DNA of 64,000 nt from Camelus ferus (GCF_009834535.1 NC_045696.1:94304001-94368000), one strand, 5' to 3'; shown: positions 12,719 through 26,400, numbered from the stretch's first letter. A program made the numbers and translations. Notes: a model not told the origin generated them from the sequence alone.

Positions 12719-15700
12719 ATTTTAATATCATTAGTTACCAAGTTCTTGTCAAGCTATGATAGAAAAAATTTCAAAGAAATAGGAATATCTGTAAATACCT
12801 TATCAAAAGACTACTATCATTATTTGCTTGTGTGATTTTAGGGTTCTTGTGATCTTGTTTTGTGAAATATACTAAATCTATAGCTACTTATACTAATGAA
12901 GAAGGGAGGGAAAAAGGAAAGGATGCAGGGAAGCATGGAAGCAAATAGAATTGAAAGGATGGGGTATGAAATGTTTACATTTTTAATTTAATGAGAGGTT
13001 GGCTTTCCTTCGTGATGGGAAGTGCCCCGTGAGCCTTTCCTCTCCTTCATTCCAGAGCCCCTTCTCAGACCGTAGCTGCTTTGTTCTTTGCCACAGGGAG
13101 CTGTTTACATTTTGGACACCTCCCTTCCTGGGGGATACCTCATGTATTTTCTGTGTCTGAATCAGGAGGGACCTTGGCTATCTCCTCTCTGGGTTGTTAG
13201 TATTCCAGACTGTACTTGAAACCTCAGGGGTTTGGGTTTCTGAGACTTCAGTGGGTTTTAGGGATGTAACATGGCTGAAGCAACTTCTGCCTGTCATTTC
13301 GGATTATAAAGGCCTTTCATGGGCTTCCCTTCCTTATCTGTTCACAGGTTGGTCTATGAAAACCAAAAACCTAAAGTCTCCAGTGCCACTTCTTCCCCCA
13401 GAAATAATTAGTTTCAATTTTTCTTTTTCTTTTACAGCCATAAAAGAAAAACGAAGGAAAAAAAAATGGCACTCTTGCAAATCTACAGTATGACCTTTCT
13501 GCTTTCTTAGGATATTTGCTGCTCTAAGACTGAGTTTGTCTGCTCTGTTTTTCCTTCACGTTTGCATTCATGGTGGCCAACTTGATAGACACACATGTGA
13601 TTTTCTGCAGAGGGGCCAGATTGCTTTCTTTTCGGTCTCTCTAGGTGGCTGGAGGATTGTTCACGGGCAGGGCCCTGTCCTGTGCGTCATCCTTAGGTCC
13701 CGGCACGGAGCCTGATGTCCAACAGGTGCTCTACTGACACTTTTGAAGTTGAAATAAGAGTGCATTGAACCAAACCTGACAAATAAACAGGACAGATTAT
13801 TCCCCATTTGTGCCCTTTAAAGCAGTTTCATATCAGTTTCTACAGTGTCTTGAGGGCAGGATTGTTCTCTCTCCCTCTTTGGCTGCAGCCTCATTGTTAA
13901 TATTAACAAGTCTGCTTGTGCCACACTAGATGAAATAGCTTGAAGATTTATACCAAACCAAGCAGAAAATTAGTTACTAGAAAGGGACTAGGGACCAGAA
14001 GCGAGAAATTTGATAGGGCTGCTGTGCTGGAACTCCATCGACTCAGAAAGGCTAAGTGAGCAGAGTCTGAATTCCTCAGCTTTTTATGGACCCCTATTTA
14101 TACATTTAGAATGTCTATTAAAAACCTCAGGATAGAAAGTCCAATCCTAACCTCGTGATTAAAGTCCTATAAATGGATGGCTAAGAAAGTAATGTACAAG
14201 GTATATTGAATAAACTAAGAACCGCATTTTCATAAGTATGAAGAAAAAGTAGCTCATTGACTTGGTTGCCAGGGTCACCATAATTAATAAAGCCTCTTTG
14301 TGTTGCAGAAAAAGAAAATTATTATTGTGGCTAAAACAATTAGGAGCTACCAGAACAGCATGGGGGAACTTGTTAACTTGACTGACTTCTGCCATGTCAT
14401 GCCTCTCACTGCCTTCTGCTTAACCTCATATTCTTGTCAGAATGAAGGCAAAAGAGTTCCAGATCTCAGACGTGTGCTGGGAGATTAATGAAACACATTC
14501 TGAAACAGAGGGAGGGTGGAAAAAAATAACACCAAGTCTTCTGCATCTGTTACATGTGCTGCTGCAAGTTATCATGCTGTAGCCAAACTCTCCTCCCGCC
14601 CAGAGTCCCTCTCCCCCGATCCCCCTGACTTTAGGATGTCTGTCACATCCTGCTGCACGTCACTGAGTCAGCTTCTCACCTTGTGTTGGGAGAATAGTAA
14701 TACTTCTGTCAACGACACTTCAACACACCCTAGAAGCCCCATGTGTCTGCATGGTACAGGAAGGTGGGCTCGTTTTCTGTGTGTGAGATTTAAAATTATG
14801 ACATGCATATTAAAATTGGGCACTTGTCAGGTACTTACTATGGGGCTAGCTAGTACTTTAACTCAGATACTGTGAAAAGTAAAGAGAGCAAGATAATAGC
14901 ACAAAAGGAAAATCAGAAGTGTTAAGAAATAGACAGGGTGCTGCTGCTATTTCCAAGGGATAACTGATAGGATGACTCAGGGAGTGTCCGGAGAAAAGGG
15001 TGGGGTATCCTTTCAGGTTCCACTCTTCCTGGACGTTGGTCTGAAAAGAAGGTATGTTTATGAAACTCACACTGTTACTGAAGCACAGAGGTCAAAGAAT
15101 TATCCCCCAGATAGTAAACAGCTAAAGCCTATGCTTTATAAAGTTGGATAAGTGCAGTTCCAGCATTTGAACAAATCTGTGCAATGGTATATAGGGTCAG
15201 AAATACCTAGAACTAAATTATAGATGAAGAAGCCTCCATAATTAGAACTTAGTTGTTCTCAATGCAAGACCCAAAGTCTCACCCTTTTTTTTTTTTTTTT
15301 CTTTCATTATGTGTCAGCTCTGAGCAAGAGGGTACTAGTTCAGACTGGACTGATACTGGACTTCTAAAAGAGAAAGTTGAGGAAGAGATAGATTAGACTC
15401 TTGAAGGCATTGAGGGCTTTTTCCCCATGTGGCCAATTGGAGTTATAAATACCATAATGAAGTAGCTTGGCGAAGTAACCATAATCTCACATTGAAGGAT
15501 TTGGTAGAATTTTGTTGGTGTTATTTATGACTAAGCTAAGATTTTAAAGAACTGAATATTGTCTATTTTCTAATTTGAATCAGTTACTAACATACTCTGG
15601 AATTATTTTCAAAGAGGTTATATGACAAAAAAATCCCTTTATTATAGGTATAAATTTAGACTCTAATCACACCAGATATTTCTTTGAGAATTGCATAGTA

Positions 15701-16224
15701 AAAATGGACAGATCAGACATGCAGCACCACTTACAGAATTACGTCTTTGACAGAGCTTATTCCTTGCTAGATAGTCTTCTTGACACATTGGAAGTTTGCA
15801 GGTTTTCCCTAGTGGTGAATTGTAACAAATATTTTGGAGAACAGTGAGAAGGAATTATATAATGTGAATATTTAGCCCTTGTTTATATAGAGGGGAAGTC
15901 CTAGACATACATCTAGGAATATAAAACATATATATGTTCATAAAATTTGTATTTGCTAAAAATGTTAGCATGTTAGCGAAACACTTCTGCATATTTTGTC
16001 TTTTGGGAATGCCTTTTTATATTTCTTTCAAACTAATCCCTGAATAGGGTATGTTCCTGTCCATATTTGCTATATCTATACAGGAGTCAAAATGTATAGC
16101 AAATACATCATTTGAGGGTATAAAATCTCACTGGAGATCATTACCTGAAAAGTAAAAAAGCAAAACGAATATGCTGAGAGGCAAAATCGGTAATATGGAT
16201 ATCATTAAGCATTTGTGGCATTTT

Positions 16225-17230
16225 GTTCATTCATTCCTTCATTCTGCAAGTACCAAGTGCTCTACTACCTACCAGACACTATTCTAAGTGCTGAAAGTCA
16301 GATGGGAGAGACAGTTATTTTCTAATTACTAATTATCAACTTGGAAGGGTAAATTTTGGTGGAGGAAAAAAAAAAAAACAGGGAAAATGGTACTTGATAT
16401 TTTTATAGATGATTGGGGAAAACTTCTCTATTGAGATTCCTGAAAGAAATGGTTTAGGCCAGGAAGGCAGAGCATTCCAGGCAGAGGCAGCAGCATGTAG
16501 AGAGGCCTTCAGGCAGGTGATACTCAAGGCACAATGCAGAACAAGTCATGTAAGGCCTTGAAAGCCCCTGAAAGCCCCTGAGCTTTTTCTGACAGCAGGA
16601 ACCAGATGAAGAGTTTTGAGTGGGACAGTGGCATGGTTTGACCAGGATGCTGTAACAGTTCAAAGGAGAAATGGTGGTGGCACTAACAAGTACAGCAGTA
16701 ACCAAGGTGGTAAGTGTCAGATTATGAATGTATTGTGAAGGGGGAAAAAGGTGATGTTGTTTTTTGCTGCACGTGGGGGGACAAAGAGGATTCAAGAAGT
16801 CAAGGAGAATTCCAGGTTTTCTCACGTGGGCAACTGCGTTCTCCCAGTTGTCACCTACTGAAGAGAGCTGCAGAAAGAGCATCTTAGTGTGGGGGCCAGA
16901 AATCCAAAGTGTGTTTGGGGCATGTCAGCGCTATCTAAGTGGACATGTATTATAGTGGTTGGCTTTCTGGGTTTTGGAATCAGTGGAAAGATTCAGACAA
17001 GGAATATGACTTGGCAGTTGTCATGTGGCACTTTAATATTTAGAGGTCAGGGAGAGGAGAAGGAAACAACAAAGGAGACTGAGGATGACTGGTTATTAGG
17101 GGAGAAAATGAGAACCAAGAGCATGAGCTTCCGAGATCGAAATGATAAAAGATTTCATGAAGAAGGGAGTGGTTGCTGTATCAAAAGGTGATAATTTAAC
17201 AAAGAAATGAGAATTAATCAGTGGCATTTG
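16225..17230 (-). mobile_element. L2 element, about 1 kb
   Basis: Starts with the antisense L2 tail 'ttcattcattccttcatt' and contains 'gcattccaggcagaggcagcagcatg' and 'gagaattccaggtttt'. Confidence 0.8.
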
Positions 17231-17739
17231 CTTCAGTAGATGACGGTTTTGTTGAGATGATTCTACTGACTCTTTGTGTGGTCCATTTAGCATTTTTGTA
17301 TAAAATTCCATAAGCTTTGAAAATTGAAAACTATCAGCGGTATATGTCGACAGTTGGAATACTCGGATTGTTTCGGACAATCTCACCTACTGATAAATTC
17401 TGCTACATAGGGTTTCATTCAAAAGAGCTTCTGCTAGTAGACTGACTAGGAGGAAGGATGCTTCTGTATGTCTATTTCATCATCGTTTTGCATTCTTAAC
17501 GTAGGTGATAGGGAACTTGATTAGATCTAGGCCACATCTTTATTATGCTTGCTTTATTCACATTCCATTTTCTAGATCGGAATTAAAAATACTGATACCA
17601 CTTCAATTCCTGACTGCATTTCATCCAATCCCAATATACCTTTCTTACAATCATGAAAGATTTAATATTAGAAAACAAATTACTAACTTGCTCAGTTGAC
17701 TTCCTCCAAATAATTTAGACCAAGCTTACAATTACTTTT

Positions 17740-19850
17740 TGATCGCTTTTATTCATTTATAAATTTTAAATGTGGTGTTTCAGAGAATAACATAACAGAT
17801 ACCCATGTATTCATCTAAGATTAATAAATGCTAACAGTGGCTACATTTGTGGATATTTTTATGAGTTATGAAAAACTCCAGATTTAGTTGAAGCTGGTCT
17901 TTATACATCTCTCTTCTTCCATTATCTTCACCTGCTTACCCAGAGGAAATCACTATTCTGATTTTGCATTCATATTTTAGTCTTGAGACTTAGCTCCATA
18001 ATATGTCCATAAACAATATATGGTACTTATGTCTTTTAACTTTACATAAATGCTATTTTACCATAATTTTTCTTATTCAACCTCATTTCTTAGTGTTCTA
18101 ACCAATTGATAAGTAGATTTACTTCATTCCTTTTACTTGCTACGTAGTAGTTAACTGCGTGATGATAACATACATTCTCATATTAGTAAATATTTAGATC
18201 ATTTCTAATATTTCTCCCATTACAAAAGAACTGTAATCAAAATCTTTGTGCATAACTACTTGTAGATCTGTATAAAAGCTTTTCTGGGGGGTAACTTTCA
18301 ATTGAAATCAATTGAATGAACATCTTTTATTAGTAATGAAAAAATCGCCTTTTAAAGTAGTGATAGAGTTTACATTTCTCCCATAAATTTTGGAAGTTCC
18401 CATTTTCAGACATTTATTCATACTTGGTATTGTCAGACTCTCACTCTTGATTATCAATTTGATAAACTATAAAATGGTTCTCTAACAGCTTATAAAAATT
18501 TCCCCCAACGTGATGAAAATCTTTCTTGTTTCTTAGTTATTTGGATCTCTTTGTCAATAAATGTCTGTCTGTTAATGTCTTTTTTAAGTTGGGTTTTTCT
18601 ATTTGTTCTGTAGCAGTTTTACTTATGTTGCCATGAGTCTTTTTTGTTATATGTATTGCAGATGTCTTTTCCCAACCTGTGGTGTAGCTTTTCTTTTAAC
18701 TGTTTATGTGGGCTTTCAAAATTGGATTTTTAAAAGATTGTAGTATGCTTATATTTATTAATCTTTCTCTTTATGGTTTGTATGTGCTTTTTATGCCTTG
18801 TTAAATAAAGCCTTCATTACTGAGAGGCCATAAAAATATCCTATTATATTTACTTACAAATGTGGAAAGCAGAACTTTAAATTTTTTATGCCTTGAATCG
18901 ACCTGAATTTTGATTTAAGTACGGTAAAATTCCTGCACTACACATATTTCCCCCCCATATGTATGTTGTCCCAGCATTGAAGAACATTCCACCTTTCACG
19001 CACTGATTTATAATGTCAGCAATCTCATACAGCAAGTTCTATACTGCTATGAGTCTCATTGGGGGCTCTCTGTTCTGTTTCACTGGTCTCTGTCTAGCCA
19101 TGAACCAGTATTAATTCAGGTGCTGTAAGTCAACTTTCTTCATTCTTTTATGCCAATGTAGTCTTTACTATTTGGTGCCCCCTTTTTTTTTCTCTGAATT
19201 TTAAATTATTGGGATGCATGAAAAATATAGTTGATATTTTGATTGAAATTGCATTGAAAGCAAAGATTTACTCAGGAGAATGGCCACCTTTGTAGTAGTA
19301 TAGTGTAAAATATTTTCTCACCCATCAATGTTTTATATCTTTCTACTTAGTTATTTTTATGTCTTTTAGTAAAATTTTATCATTTTCTCCATATAGGTGT
19401 TAATATTTAGAGCTATTTTTAGCTACCTTATAAATTACTCTTGCCCTAATATAAATGTGTTTATTTTATGTTACTACATTGGCAAAATGTATGTAGAAAA
19501 TGTGTATTTTACACACACACTCATGTCATTAGAATAAGTGTGTTAATTCTACTGTTCACAACCTCTCAATTTTGTCTTTTTGATCTGTCCGTTTGAGAGA
19601 GGGATGTAAATTGTTTCTCTGTGATCAGAGGAGTTACCAGTTTCTCTTAGCCAGTCTGTTTTTGCTCTATGTATTTTGGAGATACACTGTTCAGTACATG
19701 TGTGTTGAAGGTTTCTAAGTGTCTACACTAAAAAATGACCCACTGTATACAATTAATGGCTTTGTCAAAAGATATTTTTTTTCTGATAGTAATGTGATAT
19801 GGGCCATCTTTTGGTTAGAATTTGCTTGGTATACCTTTTTTTCCATCTGT
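17740..19850 (-). mobile_element. Old L1M(E)-type LINE-1, 3' UTR and ORF2 relic
   Basis: T-rich antisense L1 motifs: 'tacttggtattgtcagact', 'atatgtattgcagatgtcttttccca', 'ttttgattgaaattgcattgaa'. Confidence 0.75.
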
Positions 19851-19854
19851 TTAA

Positions 19855-22330
19855 ACTTTATTTTAAAACTTGCAAAATATCAAGACATCAAAATATAGAG
19901 ATTCGTATAAGTACAAATGTCCCACTCTGACATTAAAAAATAGAAAATTGCCACTAGAGTTGAAGTCTTCCTGTATCTTCTTCTCTGATTGAATCTCTCC
20001 TCCTTCCCTGTGTTAACATTAGCCTGAATTGGGTGTTATTTTCCCTGCATTTGCTTGTACTTATTCTAGTGTTTATGTTGCTGTATGTGTATCTAGTTAT
20101 CATCTCTTACATATCTACAGATGTTATATCTGCTGCTATTTTTGCCTTTTGGAAACTACGTATCGCTACATGTCCATGTTCTAATACATATTTTGTATTT
20201 TTTCCAACATGTACTTATAATGGTTTATGTAAGGTCTAGTTCAATTCATTTTAGTCTAGGTAGTATTTTATTGCATGAATTTATCATAATTTATTCTCAT
20301 GTACACGTTGTCTCCATTTAAAATATACATATATATAAACAATGCTACTATAAACATCTTTTATCTCTGTATTCTTGTGTAGACTTGAGAATATTTAAGA
20401 ATATATACCTAGGAAGGAAATTGCTGGGTCATATGACTACCAACTTCTGTTCCTTCAGGAGAGGAGAAATTGCAGTTATTCCACATCTGTGACAGCACTT
20501 GATATTGTCACACTTGGACAATTCTTGCTTCTCTGATGGGTGTAAAATATTTTAGTGTGACTTCAATTTGCATTTATGTTTTTTTGGTCAAATTGAATAT
20601 TTTTACCTGTGTTTATAAGCTGTTTGGGATTCCTTTTCTCTGAAATGCCTGTTTTCTATTTTCTGGTTTTACATTGGTTAGTTTGTCTGGTGTTAACTAT
20701 TTTGCAGACTTCGTATACTCTGCAAACTCTTTGTTAATTGTGTAGTCTCATTTATTTTCCCTTATAGTTCAAGTTCTTGATTCTTATTTACCAGGTATTT
20801 CCCTGCCCCACGATCATAAAGGTATTCACAATTGCCTTCTAAAAGTTCATTTTTGCTTTTCACATTTGTCTTAAAACACTTAGAGTTGACTTTGTGTAGG
20901 GTATGAGGTAAGCATCCAGTTTTTCTCCATGTGGATAGCCCATAATCCAGTACCATTTACTGAGTGAGTAGTCCATTCCCCACCCTACCTGGAGGGCCAC
21001 TTCCGTCACCTCTCAGACTTCTACTCTGGATGGCTTTTTTTTTTTTTCAGGGTTTCCATTCTCTTTGTCTATATATCTATCTTTTATGTCAGTATTACAC
21101 TTGATAAATTACGTGTCTCAGAGCAAGTCTGCACACCTTAATTTTGTGTATATACGTATATGGTACATGAGTGTATAAATGTGTGCACATACATTTCCAT
21201 ATAAAAGAATAGATTTTAAACTGCCATTGGTGATTTTAAATATAGAAAAATCAATTGCATTTCTATATATACTACTTTACAATCAACACTTTAAAAACCT
21301 CTAATATATCTATAGATTTTCTTGACTTTTTTTCTGTGAACAAGTCTGTCATCTGAGGTTAAATAATGACCTTATTTCCATTCTGGCAACTTTTTTTTTT
21401 TTTTGTGCTATACAGTGTAATCTATTCTACAATTTTGAAATCCCAGTCTATCCCTTCCCACCCTCCACCCCTCTGGTAACCACAAGTCTGTATTCTCTGT
21501 CTGTGAGTCTATTTTAATAGACTTTTAATAGAAACTTTTAATAGAAACGAGCAGGCATCTTTGACTATGTCCTGATTTTGTTTTGAAGGGACTATTTTAT
21601 TTTACCATTAAGACTGCTGTATGTTGCAGCATTTTTTTTTTTTTTTGCAAGATATCTTTCATTGTCTTAAGTGATTCTCTTGTGAGGTTTACTTAAGTTT
21701 CTATTATAAAATAATTGCATAAAACATGTGGAAAAATTCAGCATTTGAGATACTAATATATTCTAATCTCCTTTGATTTTTTTATAAGGTGGATTAAATT
21801 AGAAGATGTTATAATATTAAAACATCTATTTCTTGAGTAATCCAAACTTGGTTTTTAAAAAATATTAGTTTGCCAATAATTTGGTTAGGTTTTTGCATCT
21901 ATGTTTATAAGTAAAAATGGCTCAGAATTTTCCTTCTTATATTGTCTTTGATTAGTGTCGGTATCAAGAGTACATTAGCTTCATATAGAGAACTGGGGAG
22001 AAGGCCCACTTTTTCTATTCTCTGGAAAAGTTTGCGTAAGTTCTTAATATTTGTTTCTTGTATATTTATTACTCACTTATAAAATCATCTGGATTTTGTG
22101 TGTGTGTGTTTTGAAGGGAGTGGTTTTCTTTTGATTTAAAAACATTACTGATAACTAATAGAACAATTTAGGTTTTTTACTTCTTTATCAGTATGTTTTG
22201 GGAAGTTAAATAGAACAAATTGTTGAAAATGTCTTTTCAAAAATTGATGACAAAGTATTTCTTTCACTGTTATGAATCTTTAAAATTTAAAATGTATGCA
22301 TCATATTACTCTTCTAGTTTATGTCTCTTC
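19855..22330 (-). mobile_element. Second old L1M-type LINE-1 relic
   Basis: 'atatacctaggaaggaaattgctgggtcata', 'catccagtttttctccatgtggatagcc', 'ttttgcatctatgtttataagt'. Confidence 0.75.
21391..21510 (-). mobile_element. Young ~120-bp L1 3'-UTR insertion nested in the older L1
   Basis: T14 (21391-21404) followed by 'gtgctatacag...gaaatcccagtctatcccttcccaccc...ggtaaccacaagtctgtattctctgtctgtgagtct'. Confidence 0.75.
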
Positions 22331-22549
22331 AACAAAATAAAATTAACTGTTTAGTGCACCCACTTTTTAAAAAAATGAAGTGTAATTTTCCTATTTTAAG
22401 GATTACAGACTTAAGTTTATGGACCTATAGGTTTATAGATCCATATTTTAGTATATGTCTCTATAAAATTGGCACTCTTTTCATAAAAACATTATGACTT
22501 ATACAAAATTAATCCTTAATATCATCAAGTATCCTGGTCACTGTTGAAA

Positions 22550-23900
22550 GGTTTCAAATTACTTAAAATTAAAAAAAAATTTTTTTGAATTAGAATAAAG
22601 TTCCATAAGTGCAATTGGTTGATATTTTGTAAACCTCAATCTATAGATTCTCTTACTTGTTGTTTTGTCATTCTTCCTGTAGCGTTTCTTATATAGTTGC
22701 TTTGATCGTATCTTCATGATGTCATTTAACATGTTAGTATCTCCCCTGTATTTTCTGTAAATTACAATTAGATTAATAAGATACTGTCACATAAAAATTC
22801 CATTATCGGAGGTGGCAATTCTACTTCACATATGGTAGTACACTTTCATCAGACATACACAATGTCTGGTTATCTCTAATTGTCATGATTTTAGCAGCCC
22901 TTGATGATCATTCCTAGATCTATTAATTTACTAGGAACTGTAAAATATTCTGGTTCTATAATTTATTTTTTATTAGGATATTTCTATAAAGTAAAACTTT
23001 ATCCTTCATCAACTACTTGGTTGCCCTGAGGTTTAGTTGGCATAGGAAAGACAGTCTAAATTTTTGATTCTTTTATATACCATATCTTGAAGTAATCATT
23101 TTATTCCTTATCCTCCAAAGTTGACGAGTGAGGTCTTTGTTTTTCTATATAGTGTCAGTTTTTTCAATTTTCCCATCATTGGCCAGTAAGAGGCTAGTTA
23201 AAATTAGTTCTTGAATGGGATCTTTTTTTCTCCTATGACTCTAGTAGCCTTTCATAACTTCCTCACTTTGTGGCGTGACATGAAGTTTCAGGGTCATCTT
23301 TTAATTTCTCTTCCTAGTCCTGGGATCAGCCGATGTTTTCAAGGAGTTCTATTCTCTTCATTCAGCGATGGCAATCCGGGTACTAAGTATACTCCCTGCT
23401 GTTGGCTCACTCATTGTTTCCCGTTTTTCTTTCCATCAGCAGAGCTAGGAAATAAATATTTTCCACATAAAATGCATGATACATTTGTACTAGGCATTTA
23501 AGTTCAAAATCAGGATCATTCATAGTTTTTACATAAACTCATTGACCTTATATCTGTATTTTTCTTTCAGTAATATTGAAAATTCTAGTTCTCAAAACAA
23601 TTACTCACTTCCTTTATCTTTCAATTCATATACAACATTCTTAGAATAACAATACCAGCACTACCACCAACCAAAAGAATTTTCAAAACTGTAATATTTT
23701 TTCAGTTCTTTTTGGTTCTTAGATTATATGCCCTAGAGCTCTAGGGAAATACTGTAATTTGAAGTCACTTGGAAAAGTTATTTATGCATAGTTATGCCTC
23801 CAGTAGGATACACATGTATGATCAATAATTTCCTTTTATTTTAGGAATCCCCTTGTTACATATGTAAACTGTTTTCAGGTTAATTCTCCGTGTTTTATCA
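22550..23900 (-). mobile_element. L1MC4-like 3' region
   Basis: 'ttagcagcccttgatgatcattcctagatc', 'cctgggatcagccgatgttttcaaggag', 'cagagctaggaaata'. Confidence 0.65.
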
Positions 23901-24235
23901 TGATTACCTGTTGGTAATTTTGTGTATCCTCTGTTGTGAGGGCCACCACGTGTCCTGGTACCTTCCCTCTGTTTGCTTCTGACCAGATGCTTATTCCCAC
24001 ATCAGTCTTGTCACTATTTGTGGTGTAACCCTGTATTTTTAAAAAATAGGGGTGGGGAGTGGGGTGGTGGAGAGGTATGTTATTACTTAATTTTGCTGTA
24101 TATATTGTCCATGGGTTTTAGGTGTCACTATCTTAGTTTTTTGTTTGTTTGTTTGTTTTGGTGGTGGTGGTGGTGAGTTTGAGATTTTGAAACTACACCA
24201 TGGGTTAGTTTACATGTATAACTTTTCCAGGTCAC

Positions 24236-24915
24236 TCTAGACTGAAAGGCCTAGAATTAAAGACACCCCAGTAGGAAAGAGGATATTACATCCAGATCTT
24301 GGCTTCTGAATACCATTCTCCAATAAAACCAACCAGGGGGACTTGACAATTGATTTATTCTGACTTATATAACGGAAGTGCTTAAAAAAAAAAAAAGATG
24401 TAGGAAGGTTGAAAAGGCATAGCAGCCAACCTGGAAGAGTGACCAATGGCCAAATACAGAATAATTTGAGAAACAAAATGAATAACTATGTTAGATAATA
24501 ACCCGTAGAATAATACAAATATCCACGAGTCCATACTGATAGAACCAAATCATTGAATAGAGTAGAAGGGGTAACTCTTCCTTATAGAGGAATTCCAATA
24601 AATAAATCTAGAAGGAATGGAAAGAATATAAAATCACCATTAGAACAGTGAGATACAGTCATGGCAAGAAACATGTACCAATTAATGCTAGCATTAATGG
24701 ATTTGAGGAGATGCGGGGTAATGACATAGTTCTAGGGGATCCTCCTTCAAGATATTTATTTATTAGAAAGAGGAAAAATAGTAACTTTGTAATGGATAAA
24801 TGGATAAACAGACAGCAACTTCAATTAATTGAGGTTAATATTACTACTAAGATGTACTGATATCATGCAGTGTTTGATATAAAAATGTATTACTTCTGTG
24901 GTATTCTTATGAAAT
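24236..24915 (+). mobile_element. L1MC/L1MD-like 3' region
   Basis: 'ccagatcttggcttctgaataccattctccaataaaaccaaccaggg', 'aatatccacgagtccatactgat', 'ggaaaaatagtaacttt'. Confidence 0.75.
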
Positions 24916-25139
24916 TCAAATTCTTAACTACTTAAGAGTAATTCTGAAAAGAACTCTGATTCACTGAGTGGAAAAGAAACAAATTTGAATGTAGGCTAGC
25001 TCCTGTGTTCTCAGCTCTAGTATTGAGGGGGTTGGTAAGATGCTGTGGGTGAGTGTGAGGAGGCATGGACTTGAGGGGTAGGGAGAGTGTTGTTTAGGAT
25101 GGTAAAGAGGGAGAAATAATGTTCAGTGTTTCATATACA

Positions 25140-25295
25140 GGAAACTTTAATTCTTAGTTATGCAGTGAAGAGGGTACCACTCTATTTCCATTTTACAGCT
25201 GAGGAAACTGAGGCACAGAGAGATCTAAATGAGTGAGTCTCAGTAAGCCATAGTGATAGGATGCAGCGCTCTGGTGTGAGTGTCACATCCTCAGA
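25140..25295 (-). mobile_element. MIR SINE
   Basis: 'ccattttacagctgaggaaactgaggcacagagag'. Confidence 0.85.
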
Positions 25296-26099
25296 GTCTG
25301 GGAGACGGTGCAGAGTTGATATAGTAAAAGTCACATGGGTTCCTAAGTGGTTGAGGTTGGTTTTCATAGCTAACTTTGAAGATACCAACACACAGAATAC
25401 ATTGCTGTTCCCCAGTCTTCATGCTCTGTTGTCCCCTTCTCTAGTGAACTTTGAGGAGTTTACTGGATAGAATGTAAATGATGCTCCCTGTTTCATTCCC
25501 AGCTTACTGGATCTGCCTTGTCCTAGAGAAAAAAGATGCTGTTGTTTCAGAACTGGGGCCATTTAAAACTGAATTGTTCGCTGTACCTTGTGGGCCATGA
25601 TGCAAAATATAACAGATACTTAATGATTGATTGTCTTTAGCTCTCTGTATCACTAAATTTTCTCTACAGTCAAAGTTCTGACTGTTTTTTGTGGATAGTA
25701 CGGGAAGAGGCCAGAAAATAATTTCAATTACCTTTATTTTACTTAAGTCAATTTTATGTTTTACACTAACAAGAACTCAAGTTGATTCTTTGAATTCACT
25801 CCTCAGTATTTTTCAATCCTAGAAACTCTGGCTTTGCATCACCTCAGTGACAAAAGCAAAAGCAATTACAGGGTTTGTCTTTTTTTTTTTTTCCTTCAGT
25901 CATCACATTGCATAATAGCTGTGATCTGGCCTTCAGTCTTTGCCAAGAGGCATTCTGTGCATCACAAAAGTCTCATTTCCTTTTTAAAAGTTGTACTTTT
26001 ATAATTGTTAGTATTTTGTCCTCATATTAAGTTGAAATCTGTCTTTCAATTACTTCCATTCCGTGGGGTGAGCTTTACTTCTAGTATCATCATCAGATC

Positions 26100-26400
26100 G
26101 AATGTTGCCCTTTTTTTTACATGACAGCCATTTTCAATCAGCTGTCAGTTAACCAACCTCCTGCTAATATTTTTTGTTTTGTTTTCAAGTGAAACATCTC
26201 TAATTTCTTCAATCAATCTTCAAGATTGGTTTTCTTACTCTTACAACCCATTACAAGTCCTCTCAATCTAGCCTACTTTGCCAACTGCCCACTAAGTGTG
26301 CCTCCCAGATGCAGTACAATTCTGCAGATCTGGTCTGACCAGCTAGGGTGCACAAACTTGTTCTGGATGCTCTCCTTCTGTTAATGCATCTATCTAAGCC
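26100..26400 (-). mobile_element. L3/CR1 LINE relic
   Basis: 'aaacatctctaatttcttcaatc...cccagatgcagtacaattctgcagatctggtctgacca...cttctgttaatgca' follows the antisense L3 consensus order. Confidence 0.6.

Noticed and set aside
16454..16882. Longest ORF (142 aa, minus)
   Set aside because: Lies wholly within a decayed L2 and has no recognisable domain.
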